DNA of 64,000 nucleotides from an uncultured Clostridia bacterium. Lineage in GTDB: Bacteria; Bacillota; Clostridia; Christensenellales; UBA1242. The stretch lies in contig CALWRN010000049.1 of assembly GCA_944383975.1 (NCBI GenBank), positions 4,635 to 68,634 on the forward strand, read 5' to 3'. The first letter of the stretch is position 1. The number at the start of each line of letters is the position of its first letter. This document shows, piece after piece, positions 30,011 through 40,300 of the stretch. Both the position numbers and the translations under genes were made by a program. The notes beneath the pieces were generated by a model that did no database searches, was not told the origin of the DNA, and worked only from the letters and a program-made list of their open reading frames with translations.

Positions 30011-31390
30011 ATGAGTGAAACTAATGTAACTATGGATAAAATCGTAAATTTATGTAAAAGCCGTGGTTTTATCTTCCCAGGAAGTGATATTTACGGCGGA
30101 ATGGGAAATACTTGGGATTATGGTCCTGTCGGCGTGGAATTTAAAAACAACATAAAAAGAAGTTGGTGGAAAAGATTTGTTCAAGAAAATCCTAATAGTT
30201 ATGGTGTTGATGCTGCAATCTTAATGAATAGCCGTGTTTGGGAAGCAAGTGGTCATACAACATCTTTCTCAGATCCTAAAATGGATTGCAAAAACTGCAA
30301 AACTAGACATAGAGCAGATACTTTAATTGAAAACCATTCAAAAGGAAAAGTAAACCCTGACACTATGACCACTGAAGAAATGCAAGCATACATTGAAGAA
30401 CATAAAATTGCTTGTCCAAAATGTGGAAAATTTGATTGGACACCTATTAGACAATTTAATCTTATGTTTGAAACATCTCGTGGGGTTACAGACGAAGGTC
30501 AAAGCAAAATCTATCTCAGACCAGAAACAGCACAAGGTGAATTTGTAAACTTTCTAAATGTTCAACGTTCTACAAGAGCAAAAGTTCCTTTTGGAATTGC
30601 ACAAATTGGAAAAGCTTTTAGAAATGAAATTACACCTGGAAATTTCATATTTAGAACAATAGAATTTGAGCAAATGGAACATCAATGGTTTTGTAAAGCT
30701 GGTGATGACGAAAAATATTATAATGAATTTAAAGAAAAAGCAATGAAATATGTCCTTGACCTTGGAATTAAACAAGAACATTTGCGTTTCAAAGACCATG
30801 ACAAACTTGCTCACTACGCCCGCGCAGCATGTGATATTCAATATTTATTCCCTATGGGCTGGAGTGAATTAAATGGTATTCATAATAGAAGCGACTACGA
30901 TCTTTCACGTCATCAGGAATTTTCTGGTAAAAGTATGCTGTATGTTGATCCATTTACAAATGAAAAATTTATTCCAAATGTAATTGAATATTCAATCGGT
31001 GCTGATAGACTTACACTTGCTCTTCTTTGTGAAGCTTATGACGAAGAAAAACTTGAAAATGGAGAAACAAGAGTTGTTATGCACTTCCACCCTGCCATTG
31101 CCCCATATAAAGTTGCAATTTTACCACTTCAAAAGAATTTGTCAGAAAAGGCAAAAGAGATATATTCACTATTAAGCAAAGAATTTATGTGCGATTATGA
31201 TGAAGCTGGTTCTATAGGAAAAAGATATCGTAGGCAAGATGAAATCGGAACACCTTTCTGTGTAACTATTGATTTTGATACACTTGAAAATAATTCAGTA
31301 ACAATTAGAGATAGAGATAGCATGCAACAAATAAGATTAGATATAAATCAATTAGTTCCATACATCAGCGAAAAAATAAAATTTAATTAA
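30011..31390 (+). CDS. glyQS: Glycine--tRNA ligase (single-chain, class II)
   Basis: 459 aa. N-terminus [30 protein letters not shown], plus YLRPETAQG and FRNEITP motifs. Preceded by a Gly T-box. Confidence 0.95.
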   Translation: MSETNVTMDKIVNLCKSRGFIFPGSDIYGGMGNTWDYGPVGVEFKNNIKRSWWKRFVQENPNSYGVDAAILMNSRVWEASGHTTSFSDPKMDCKNCKTRHRADTLIENHSKGKVNPDTMTTEEMQAYIEEHKIACPKCGKFDWTPIRQFNLMFETSRGVTDEGQSKIYLRPETAQGEFVNFLNVQRSTRAKVPFGIAQIGKAFRNEITPGNFIFRTIEFEQMEHQWFCKAGDDEKYYNEFKEKAMKYVLDLGIKQEHLRFKDHDKLAHYARAACDIQYLFPMGWSELNGIHNRSDYDLSRHQEFSGKSMLYVDPFTNEKFIPNVIEYSIGADRLTLALLCEAYDEEKLENGETRVVMHFHPAIAPYKVAILPLQKNLSEKAKEIYSLLSKEFMCDYDEAGSIGKRYRRQDEIGTPFCVTIDFDTLENNSVTIRDRDSMQQIRLDINQLVPYISEKIKFN

Positions 31391-31407
31391 AATTTTGATA
31401 ATTATGA

Positions 31408-31438
31408 AAAAAAATCACTTATTTAAGTGATTTTTTTT
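31408..31438 (+). terminator. Rho-independent terminator after glyQS
   Basis: AAATCACTT-attt-AAGTGATTT followed by T8. Confidence 0.7.
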
Positions 31439-31545
31439 GTTTTTATCAACTAATTATTTAAAATATCAACAATTTTAAAAACACAAAATTGATATTTTAT
31501 TATATATTTTTCATTTTTGGCAATCATATAAAATAGGAGAATATT

Positions 31546-31824
31546 ATGAAAAAAAATATTAATAATGATATAAATAATGGAATTGTTTGTAATGTTAAAG
31601 ATTGCGTTTTTAATGAAAAAGGTTGTAACTGTAATCTAGAAAAAGTAACAATATCTCAAGGTGATATTGGGCATCATTATTGCAAAAGTTTTATATCGCA
31701 AACAAATGAAGAAGATAATTCTATATATAAAAGCAATTTATCTTCTAGAATAAATATAACAAAAACAAATATTGAAGCAAGTGAAGAAGATTATTTTGAT
31801 TTTGACAATCTAAAAGAAAAATAA
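31546..31824 (+). CDS. DUF1540-like cysteine-rich small protein
   Basis: 92 aa. The pattern VCNVKDCVFNEKGCNCNLEKVTIS...HHYCKSF resembles the DUF1540 Cys pattern. RBS TAGGAG. Confidence 0.55.
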   Translation: MKKNINNDINNGIVCNVKDCVFNEKGCNCNLEKVTISQGDIGHHYCKSFISQTNEEDNSIYKSNLSSRINITKTNIEASEEDYFDFDNLKEK

Positions 31825-31856
31825 AAATGGCTATAAATTATTAGCCATTTTTTTTA
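31824..31856. terminator. Bidirectional terminator between convergent genes
   Basis: AATGGCTA-taaattat-TAGCCATT flanked by A and T runs. Confidence 0.6.
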
Positions 31857-32567
31857 ATTATCTCTCATTGCAAGCAGTAACATTAAGAATCTTAAAAAAT
31901 ATGCGAGTGAAACAAATAAAGATGCAACATAAGTCATTGCTGCAGCATTTAAAACTTTATCAGTTCCCCTAACTTCTTCATCGCTTGTGCATCCCATTTG
32001 ATATAATATTTTTTTCGCTCTTGAAGAAGCATTAAACTCAACTGGTAAAGTAACAAGTGATGCGATAACAGAAATTGCGTATATACCTACAGAAACATAT
32101 ATGATTATGCTTCCAGCACCTGCAATCCAAAATAATTGTAATAAAACTCCAATAAGCAAAAGTGGAATTAAAAGTCCAGAAACAAAATTGCTTATTTTTA
32201 TAACTGCTTGTCTTATTTTTAAAGGTGCATATTCATTTGCATCTTGAAGTGCGTGTCCAAATTCATGTGCAACAACTGATTGAGCAGATATGGACTTGCT
32301 ATTAAAATTTGATTCTGATATATTTAAACTTTTATCTTTTGGATTATAGTGGTCAGTTAATTTGCCATTACATTTTCTTACAACAATATTAATTCCACTT
32401 TCTTGAGCCATTTTTTCTGCAAGCTCAGCACCTGTCAAATCTAACGAAGATCCAACATTTCTATATTTATCATAAGCACTATTTACTTTCACTTCCATAA
32501 CAAGTGAAACTATAATCGCTATTAATATTATTATTCCAGATATTATATACCCTATATAAAAATCCAT
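31854..32567 (-). CDS. YugP-like putative neutral zinc metallopeptidase (membrane)
   Basis: 237 aa with an N-terminal TM helix. The LTDHYNPKDKSLNISE and HEFGHALQD (HExxH) motifs and C-terminal TM helices match the Zn_peptidase_2 architecture. Confidence 0.8.
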   Translation of the reverse strand: MDFYIGYIISGIIILIAIIVSLVMEVKVNSAYDKYRNVGSSLDLTGAELAEKMAQESGINIVVRKCNGKLTDHYNPKDKSLNISESNFNSKSISAQSVVAHEFGHALQDANEYAPLKIRQAVIKISNFVSGLLIPLLLIGVLLQLFWIAGAGSIIIYVSVGIYAISVIASLVTLPVEFNASSRAKKILYQMGCTSDEEVRGTDKVLNAAAMTYVASLFVSLAYFLRFLMLLLAMRDN

Positions 32568-32585
32568 TTTACACTTCCTTTATGT

Positions 32586-33299
32586 TTAATTAAATAATTT
32601 GGTCTTTTTAGAAAGAGCAGTCCATATAAATAATGTCCTAAAAAAATCTCCCCAATATGTTAACCTTGCTTCTTTTAAAAATTTTTTACATTGTTTAATC
32701 TCTTTGTTATTTAAAATTTCTTGTAAAAATATAATTGCATTTTTAGAAGCATCTTTTTCAATTGATATAGTTATAAGTTTTGTTATCAAAGCCGTCAGAA
32801 ATATAACTATTCCAACGCCTATTAAAGAAATTCCAATCCAAAATAAGTTTTCACCAAAAATCATAAAAATTGCACCTAAAATCATTAAAGGAATCATTAA
32901 TCCACCAATAATTCTGCCAAATTTTCTTAAAAATGCAAGTCTTTTAAGTTTTTTACCCTCTTTATCTTGTTTTGCATGACCAAGTTCATGTGAAATAATA
33001 GTATATGATGCAAGAGAATTTTTATTTATTGTATTTGTTGATAGAAATAATTTCCCCTTACTATAAGCATCTCCTGCATAGTTTGAAATTTGAACGACTT
33101 GTAATTTTTGATTAAAATACTTCTGATTTAATAAATCTATATATTCAAGTGGAGTCAAATCCGTTTGTGCTTCAACCTTATCAAAAGATTTATATTTTTC
33201 TAAAAACCTTTCCCCTGCATAATTAGCTATTGCTAATATAAAGCAAAGTAAAACAGCCAAAGCAATAACTGAAATTATGATAATTAGTTCGTTACTCAT
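32586..33299 (-). CDS. Second, more divergent YugP-like zinc metallopeptidase paralog
   Basis: 237 aa with the same architecture and HELGHAKQD (HExxH). Sits in tandem with the previous gene. Confidence 0.7.
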   Translation of the reverse strand: MSNELIIIISVIALAVLLCFILAIANYAGERFLEKYKSFDKVEAQTDLTPLEYIDLLNQKYFNQKLQVVQISNYAGDAYSKGKLFLSTNTINKNSLASYTIISHELGHAKQDKEGKKLKRLAFLRKFGRIIGGLMIPLMILGAIFMIFGENLFWIGISLIGVGIVIFLTALITKLITISIEKDASKNAIIFLQEILNNKEIKQCKKFLKEARLTYWGDFFRTLFIWTALSKKTKLFN

Positions 33300-33351
33300 A
33301 GTTAATATTTTATATCATATGCAAATTATTTGCAAATAAAATAGTTAATTT

Positions 33352-33768
33352 TTAAGTTATCAACACCACTGTCGTTCCTTTTGGTATTTGCGTGTTTTCT
33401 GGAGGAAGTTGCCTTAATATATATTGTCCTTCACCATCAAGTTCATAATCAAGTCCTATTTTTTTAAGTTCCCCAGCAGCATCTGCCAAACTAAGACCAA
33501 CCAAATCAGGCATTGAAACGTACTCTACCACAATACTTTCATCCTGCTTTTTCTCTCCTAGATATTCAAACAGCCTGCTGAAAATTATTTTCCCATAAGG
33601 AGCAGCGACAATGCTTCCATAATATACCCCTGCACTTGGCTCATCAACCATTATTAATAGCAAGTATTGTGGATTATCTGCTGGATAACTTCCAATAAAA
33701 CTTGAAATATATTTTCCTTGGGCAATTCCTCCAGTTTCTTTGTACTTTTGTGCTGTTCCTGTTTTTCC
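33352..33768 (-). CDS. C-terminal fragment of the split class B penicillin-binding protein (post-KTG transpeptidase strands plus one PASTA domain)
   Basis: The frame of the 103-aa ORF (33352..33663) stays open upstream to 33768. It reads GKTGTAQKYKETGGIAQGKYISSFIGSYPADNPQYLLLIMVDEPSAG.., then the PASTA-like MPDLVGLSLADAAGELKKIGLDYELDGEG. A TAA at 33772-33774 closes the frame at the junction. There is no start codon or RBS of its own at the junction. Confidence 0.85.
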   Translation of the reverse strand, partial: GKTGTAQKYKETGGIAQGKYISSFIGSYPADNPQYLLLIMVDEPSAGVYYGSIVAAPYGKIIFSRLFEYLGEKKQDESIVVEYVSMPDLVGLSLADAAGELKKIGLDYELDGEGQYILRQLPPENTQIPKGTTVVLIT

Positions 33769-33786
33769 CTTTTATTACACAATAAA
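33758..33786. repeat. Element junction next to the pbp 3' fragment: 11-bp direct repeat plus terminal inverted repeat
   Basis: DR cctgtttttcc at 33758-33768. IR tttcccttttattacacaataaa at 33764-33786. Confidence 0.8.
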
Positions 33787-33794
33787 TAGGATAA

Positions 33795-33828
33795 TTAAAA
33801 ATAAAAAACAACTTAAAAAGTTGTTTCA
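33795..33828 (-). terminator. Rho-independent terminator after the recombinase operon, just inside the element end
   Basis: 9-bp stem AAACAACTT/AAGTTGTTT starting at the recombinase stop codon, followed on the minus strand by a T-rich run. Confidence 0.55.
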
Positions 33829-35304
33829 TATTTTAAATTTATAGACTATTATTAAATCAATATGATTCTTATTAGTCATTTTATCAATGTATACTTTATT
33901 TATAGAAAGAGAGATTAACTTTAAACAATCTTTTGGCTTATCCTTTAATCTTTTTATTAAGTCTGTAAATTTATTTTCAAAATCAATAATTTTTGATTTT
34001 ATGTCTTTTTGTGAATTGATTACCTTCTCTTGCTCTTTAATTTCAAGCAAAAGTTCTCGCCCTTTATCACTAAAGGCACTTTCAGATATACCTTTATTAA
34101 ATAAATTTTCAAGCAGTTTAACATATTCTTCGTTTAGTGTTTGCAATTTTTCTTTGGCGATTTTTTCATCAAAAATTTTGCCATCAAACAATCTCTCTTT
34201 TAAAATCTTATAAAACTGATCTTTATTATTCTTATAATTTTCTATTACGTTTATTAAATCTTTATATAAAACATTCTTTAAACTTTTCTCTTTTATAGAA
34301 TAAATTCTTCTTTTATCATTTACATTTCTAAGGTAATAATCAGAATTATTGTTGTTATTTTTTGAATACAACAAATTTCTATTACTATTTCTATCAATAA
34401 TTATTTGCCCTAAATGCTCTATTCTTTTCTTGCTTCTTTTTTTTAAAGTTTCTTGTGTTTTATTAAATAAATCTTCACTAATTATTGCTAAATGCGTATT
34501 TTTTATCAATATTCTATCATTAGCATCATGTCTTATCCAGTTTAATGAATGACCACAATATTCATAATCTTTTGCTATCTCCCAAACTTTTGATGAATTC
34601 CATTCTCTTGCAGGATTTTTTTGAAGAGGTTTAAGCCCCAAAACTTTTGTTGCATAATAAGATCTTGTCGGTATATTTTCACTATTAAGTATTGATGCAA
34701 CTTCAGTGGTAGTCAAATTATAGTTTCCTATCAAATTAAATATTTTTTTTACGATGCATGCTGAAAAATTATCAATAATTTCTTTTCCATCATCATTGTA
34801 GTTATATCCAAATTTTGGATAATAATTTATATGTTTGGTTTGTGCATAATGTAATCTAGCACTTTTACATTTTCTCTTAAATTCATTTAAATAATATTCA
34901 TTTAAAAAGTTTTTTAAAACAATTATTTCGTCACTACAATTTTGTGCACTATCATATTTATCTGAAACTGAAATAACTCTAATGTTATTTTGTGGGAAAA
35001 TATTCTCTATAAGATTTCCTACTTTAAATAAAGACCTTCCTATTCTTGATATATCTTTAACTAGCAAAGTATCAAATACGCCTTTCTTCATATCGCAAAG
35101 TAATTGAGAAAACTGTGGTCTTTCTAAGTTAGAGCCAGAAAATCCATCATCAGAGTAAACGCGATATATTGTCAATCCTTTTTCTATTGCATATTCTGTC
35201 AATATTTCAATTTGATTTTCTATACTTTTTGATTCTGTATTTCCATATGATTTGTTTTCATCTTCTCTTGATAATCTAGCATAAATTGCTGCTACATTTT
35301 TCAT
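33826..35304 (-). CDS. Large serine recombinase B (resolvase/invertase catalytic domain, recombinase domain, Cys-less zinc-ribbon region, coiled coil)
   Basis: 492 aa. The N-terminus AAIYARLSRED..ENQ...YSDDGFSGSNLERPQF...LLVKDISRIGRS is the serine-recombinase catalytic domain. RBS AAGGAG is upstream. The start overlaps the previous gene by 29 nt. The C-terminal tail INKVYIDK..IDLIIVYKF resembles TnpX/TndX-type tails. Confidence 0.88.
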   Translation of the reverse strand: MKNVAAIYARLSREDENKSYGNTESKSIENQIEILTEYAIEKGLTIYRVYSDDGFSGSNLERPQFSQLLCDMKKGVFDTLLVKDISRIGRSLFKVGNLIENIFPQNNIRVISVSDKYDSAQNCSDEIIVLKNFLNEYYLNEFKRKCKSARLHYAQTKHINYYPKFGYNYNDDGKEIIDNFSACIVKKIFNLIGNYNLTTTEVASILNSENIPTRSYYATKVLGLKPLQKNPAREWNSSKVWEIAKDYEYCGHSLNWIRHDANDRILIKNTHLAIISEDLFNKTQETLKKRSKKRIEHLGQIIIDRNSNRNLLYSKNNNNNSDYYLRNVNDKRRIYSIKEKSLKNVLYKDLINVIENYKNNKDQFYKILKERLFDGKIFDEKIAKEKLQTLNEEYVKLLENLFNKGISESAFSDKGRELLLEIKEQEKVINSQKDIKSKIIDFENKFTDLIKRLKDKPKDCLKLISLSINKVYIDKMTNKNHIDLIIVYKFKI

Positions 35305-36916
35305 ACGAAATAAACTCCTTTATAATATCATCACATCTAGAAAATAAAATTGAAATATTATATTCTTTATTTCTATTAGAACCATTTATTGGCTTTGATT
35401 TTATATATATTTTTTTTATAATTCGTTGAGCAAAATTTGATAACAATTCTTTGTTTTTCTTTATTTTTTCTAATATTTTAATTAAAAAATCAGATTTTTC
35501 TTCATTTTTTTTGTTTAAAAATTCTTTTTGTTGATTTTCTTTCAATTTTTTTATTTCCTGAAACAAAACATTTTTTTCTCTATTATATTTAGACATCATC
35601 ATTTCAAAAGTTGATGCAGGAATTATCCCAGCTACATTTTTCTCAAACAACATTTTAATATAACTATCAATTTCAGCATCTCTTTGAAACAATTTTTCCA
35701 TCTCTTTTTTGCTGTCTATTTTTATAATCCTTTTATTATTTCTCAATAACTTTGAAAACTCAACAAATTGATTTCTTTTTGACAAAATTAAATTTATTAA
35801 TTCTAATAATTCTTTGTCAATTATGTTTTTCATGATATGAACAGGTATAGAATTTGAATGGAAACAATCTTTTTTCGCACAAAAATACCTGTAAATATAC
35901 TTTTCACCTATCTTTCTTCTTTCAAAGCGCATCAAGTTCTTACAATCTTCACAAAATATTAATCCCTTAAAAACATTTTCACTCATCGGAATTCTCCCCG
36001 AGCGTGTTCTATTCATAATTTTATTAGCTAATTCCCATGTTTCTTTATCTATGATTGGTTCATATCTGTTTTCAAAAATATAACAATTTTCATTTTTCTT
36101 TCGTTTTTTATTTTTATAATTTTGAGATCTAGTTTGTGCTGTAATATAACAACCAAGATATTCCTTTCTTCCAATAATATCCCTTATTCCATCAGGTCTC
36201 CAATTGGTCAATTCATCTTCACTCATGCAAAAAACTTTATCCTTATTATAATTAAATTTGAGTGCATTGTAATATCTTGGTGTTTTAATTTTTTCTTTTT
36301 TTAAATAGTTTGCGACTTTTACGGAAGAACCAAATTCAACATATTTTTTATATATTAATTGGACTATTTTTGCAGTATCAGAATCTGGAACTCTTTCGTA
36401 AAAATCATTATAAGTATATCCAAAAATAGGAAAAACTGTATTTTGGGGTTCTCCTTTTTTCGCTTTATTATCCAATGTAAATCTTATTTTCTTTGAAATA
36501 TCTTTAGCATACCACTCATTTATAATATTTTTAAAAGGGGCAAAATCAGCTCCTTCTTCTTTTTCAGAATCATATCCATCATTTAAGGCAATATAGCGAA
36601 TACCATGGGAAGGGAAAAAATCCTCTGTATAATATCCTGTTTGAATATAATTTCTTCCTAATCTTGACAAGTCTTTTGTAATAACCAAATCTATTTTACC
36701 GATTTCTATATCTTTAAGCAGACGCTTAAAATCTGGTCTTTCAAAACTTGTCCCAGAATAACCATCATCAACATAATAATCAACAATATTCCACTCTTGT
36801 TTTTTTACATATTCATTAAGAATTTCTTTTTGAGATTGAATTGATTGACTTTCTTCATTACCATCTTCTTTTGATAATCTACAATATATGGCAACTCTGT
36901 ATTTTTCAGGATTCAC
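35276..36916 (-). CDS. Large serine recombinase A (with CxxC...CxxxC zinc ribbon)
   Basis: The catalytic domain is VAIYCRLSKEDG..SIQSQ..YVDDGYSGTSFERPDF..LVITKDLSRLGRN. The zinc ribbon is CEDCKNLMRF..YRYFCAKKDC, followed by a coiled-coil region. The likely start is the GTG at 36916, 8 nt after GGAGG. The ORF-track TTG at 36931 lies inside the RBS. Confidence 0.88.
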   Translation of the reverse strand: MNPEKYRVAIYCRLSKEDGNEESQSIQSQKEILNEYVKKQEWNIVDYYVDDGYSGTSFERPDFKRLLKDIEIGKIDLVITKDLSRLGRNYIQTGYYTEDFFPSHGIRYIALNDGYDSEKEEGADFAPFKNIINEWYAKDISKKIRFTLDNKAKKGEPQNTVFPIFGYTYNDFYERVPDSDTAKIVQLIYKKYVEFGSSVKVANYLKKEKIKTPRYYNALKFNYNKDKVFCMSEDELTNWRPDGIRDIIGRKEYLGCYITAQTRSQNYKNKKRKKNENCYIFENRYEPIIDKETWELANKIMNRTRSGRIPMSENVFKGLIFCEDCKNLMRFERRKIGEKYIYRYFCAKKDCFHSNSIPVHIMKNIIDKELLELINLILSKRNQFVEFSKLLRNNKRIIKIDSKKEMEKLFQRDAEIDSYIKMLFEKNVAGIIPASTFEMMMSKYNREKNVLFQEIKKLKENQQKEFLNKKNEEKSDFLIKILEKIKKNKELLSNFAQRIIKKIYIKSKPINGSNRNKEYNISILFSRCDDIIKEFISYEKCSSNLC

Positions 36917-36938
36917 ACAAAACACCTCCAATAAAAAG

Positions 36939-37112
36939 TCACAAATCTTCTTTCTTGTTTTCGTTCTGCATCAAGTCAAATAAATATGAAATAATTTGCT
37001 CAAGAATACTAATTCCGCCCTCTTCAAATTCTCTTGTTATTCTAAAAACACATCCATTTTCATTATAAATTCTTGTATTGTTTTTTTTATTATTTTTTCT
37101 ATTTTCTTGCAT
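36939..37112 (-). CDS. Small protein upstream of the recombinases (possible TnpW-like accessory or directionality factor)
   Basis: 57 aa from the ATG at 37112 (MQENRKNN..), with GAGGT 4 nt upstream. The ORF-track version starts at 37154. It ends 23 nt before the recombinase A start. The functional assignment is speculative. Confidence 0.4.
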   Translation of the reverse strand: MQENRKNNKKNNTRIYNENGCVFRITREFEEGGISILEQIISYLFDLMQNENKKEDL

Positions 37113-37302
37113 ATTACCTCTGTAAACAAAATTTAAAGTGATTTCGTGCAACATATAAAATGAAAAATCTATTTACTTTTCTTCATTTTTATTCACTTTA
37201 TATTTAATAATATATAATTTAATATATTTTTTAGAACTTTTAATATACCAGGTATTTTTGAATCAAACACTGACAATGTTTTATTAATTTTCTTGCAAAA
37301 AA

Positions 37303-37333
37303 TAAAAATCACAGAAAATTCTGTGATTTTTAA
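37303..37333 (-). terminator. Rho-independent terminator after the surface-protein gene
   Basis: ATCACAGAA-aatt-CTGTGAT flanked by A and T runs. Confidence 0.65.
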
Positions 37334-37368
37334 TATTTTTTTTGTATGTCTTTCATTAAATCTTTATT

Positions 37369-40300
37369 TTAAAATTTATTCTTTTTCTTTTTGCTTGCAA
37401 TTGCCAATACAACTATAACAACTAAAGCAACTGCAATTAATCCACCAATGATTGACAAGATAATAATCCAAGTTGTGCTTATAGGGTTTGTATCTTCAGG
37501 AACTATAACAGGTGGCTCTGGCTTTTCTTCTGGTTGTTCAGGTTCTTCTGTTGGAAGTTCTGGAATAACGTCAGGATTTTCAACATCTTCTTCACCCTTC
37601 AATAGTATAAGTTGATTTTGACTATCATTTCCTAAGTCATTTAGATCACCATTATCACCTACATAGACTGCCCCCAGTTTTACATTTACACCTTCTTCAA
37701 TCTCAGGAGTAACAATTGACACAAATGTGCTATTTAAAAGCATATCTGTTGTATTCATTTTTTGGGTTATTTTAAACTTACTACCAACTCCACCAAGAAT
37801 AAGGATTGAACCATTTATTTTTTGCGTGCCTTTATATACTTTCACCTTTTCTTTAACTATATAAGATTCTATTTCGTCTCTTATATCAATTTCTACTTCA
37901 CCTTCGCTACTAATAGAATTTCTTATCATTTCTTTAATTTCATCCACTGTATATGGAGTTCCATCTTCTTTTGCCTCAAAACCAAATTGTGTAGGATCCG
38001 TATTAAATAATGTTACAAACTCATCTAATGTTGTGTTCTCCTGAAAAAGTGCAGTTAATAATTCATCCCAAGTTACATATATTCCTGGTGCACCTTCAGC
38101 TGCTAATTTATAAATTAATTGTTTTTTGGTTAGATTATAAACACCTATTGGATCTTTAACATATTCAGACGAATCTGAAATAGATGAAAATACCAATGTA
38201 TTAAAATTTACCACTTGCAAATTTAATGAATATTCTAATTGTTGTTTTTGTTCTTCAGTTAATTTATCATAATCTTCTGGATCAATATATGAGTAAATAA
38301 ACATTTGTTTTGCATAATCGTCTAATATTTCATCTCTACTGTCACGAACAATTTCTTGTTCTTCATATTCATATCCATCAATCTCATATTCTCGTGATCC
38401 TAAAGAAACCATATCCTCATAATATTTCTTTATTTCATCAACAGATTTAAAAGTTACAACTCCTTGTAATTGTTTTCTAATTCCTATTTTTAAATCCTCC
38501 ATTGTGTAGCCATTTGCAATTACTTCAAAATCATAAGCCTCTGGATCTTCGTTGACTAATAATAAAAACTCTTCCATATTACTTATCTTACCTTGAGTTT
38601 TATATAACGCAAAATCTTCATAAGCAACAGGATAATTATATCCTGCACTTGCAACAAGTAATCTAATTAATGCTTCTACATATTTCTTTGCTTGATCTGG
38701 ATTTTCCTGATAAATTAAATTTATATTCTCTACATCCTGAATTAGTTTTTCGGTTAAATCTCGCAAAGTCCAATCTTTTTCGTTTATAGAAATTGATACT
38801 TCTTCATATTTTGCTAATGCAAGCAATGCTTTTTCCGAATATTTAAGAATATAGTTTATCTCTTCTTCTTGACTATTAAATACTTCTTGTCCATTATAAT
38901 AAGCCATCATATTGTCAATTTTTTCTTTTGATGTCACTTCTAAGTATAATGGATTTATATTTAATACATTGTCTTTAGAAAGAAGTTGCATCTTTATCTC
39001 TTCTTCAGTGTACAACTCACCATTATCCTTTGCTGGTAAACTTAAAATAGATGGGTCATTATTTACTGCCTTATAAAAATCCTCAAATGTAATATATTCA
39101 AAATTAGTAAACATACCGGCGTATTCATCAAACGATATAGGGACTATAGGATCTACCAGTAATATTCCATCACTAACCGTCATAATGCTCATTCTTACCA
39201 TTTGCATAGTTTTTTCAGGTTCAATTGCATAGGCTTGCTTTAAATCTTCATCTAACTGTATAAAATAAAGACAAAATTCTTCAAATGTCCATGGTTTTCC
39301 ATTGTTTGTCTCTTCAAAAGTTACATCAGTTGACATCTTTAACATTGGTATTACTTTTGTATTTACAAATTCATCTAAATACTCTTCCCTTGTAGAATAA
39401 ATTTTTCTATTAGTATTAAACATATTTTGTGCGTTTTCTACATTTGATGTATCTAAACTTGACAAGTCCGCATACACAAGGTTTGGACAATTATAAAACA
39501 TATAACTTATATCTTTTGGTTTTATATTATCAAAGAAATTGCCAAAATCTACACTTTCTAGATTTTTACAATTTGCAAACATATATGATAAATCTTCAAC
39601 GTCATATGTTATTCCTGTTATATTATTTAAACTAATTTTTTTACATGGAAGCGAATCAAACATATGGCTATAATTATTAAAATCTAAATATTGATCATAA
39701 TTAAATTGATCATAAGCCCCGCTTTGTTTAGTCAAATTAATTTGAGTTCTAAAAAGATTGTCTATAAAACTGAAATCAAATCCATCAATAACAAGCTCAT
39801 TATATGTAATTGGTGCAAGTCCCATTGCTTCAGATGGAAAACTATTAATAATAGTTGCGTTGCTATATTCAAAAAGAACTTTGCATGGACAATTTTGTGA
39901 AATTTCATATTGTTCTTTTTGATATTCACCACTCTCTATTACTTCATAACTATCTTTTAAATATCTCATGCCTGTAGTATCATTTACTTTTGTTCTTTCT
40001 GAATAATCTCCAGTTCTAGTGTCTAGCGTCCAAGTTTCCCCTACAATCTCTTGAGCATTTACAGAATCATAATAATAACTGCTGTATTGTCTTATTTCAT
40101 AATCTGAAGTTACATATGTTTGAGTAACACTATAACAAACAGGACATAGGTCGCTTGGAAGTTCATCGTATGTTCCAGAATAAATGCCACCCATCTGACA
40201 ATAGCAACTATAAGAAGTTGGGTCTGAGTATGAGGTAACTCCACACGTACATTCCGGATCAGAACAATATGCTTTTGAATCAGTCATAACTACTGGTGCA

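Noticed and set aside
33758-33768. The 11-bp direct repeat interpreted as a target-site duplication made by a DDE transposase.
   Set aside because: No DDE transposase is present. The element encodes serine recombinases, which do not make target duplications. The repeat is better explained as attB/attP core identity, and removing one copy restores the pbp frame precisely.
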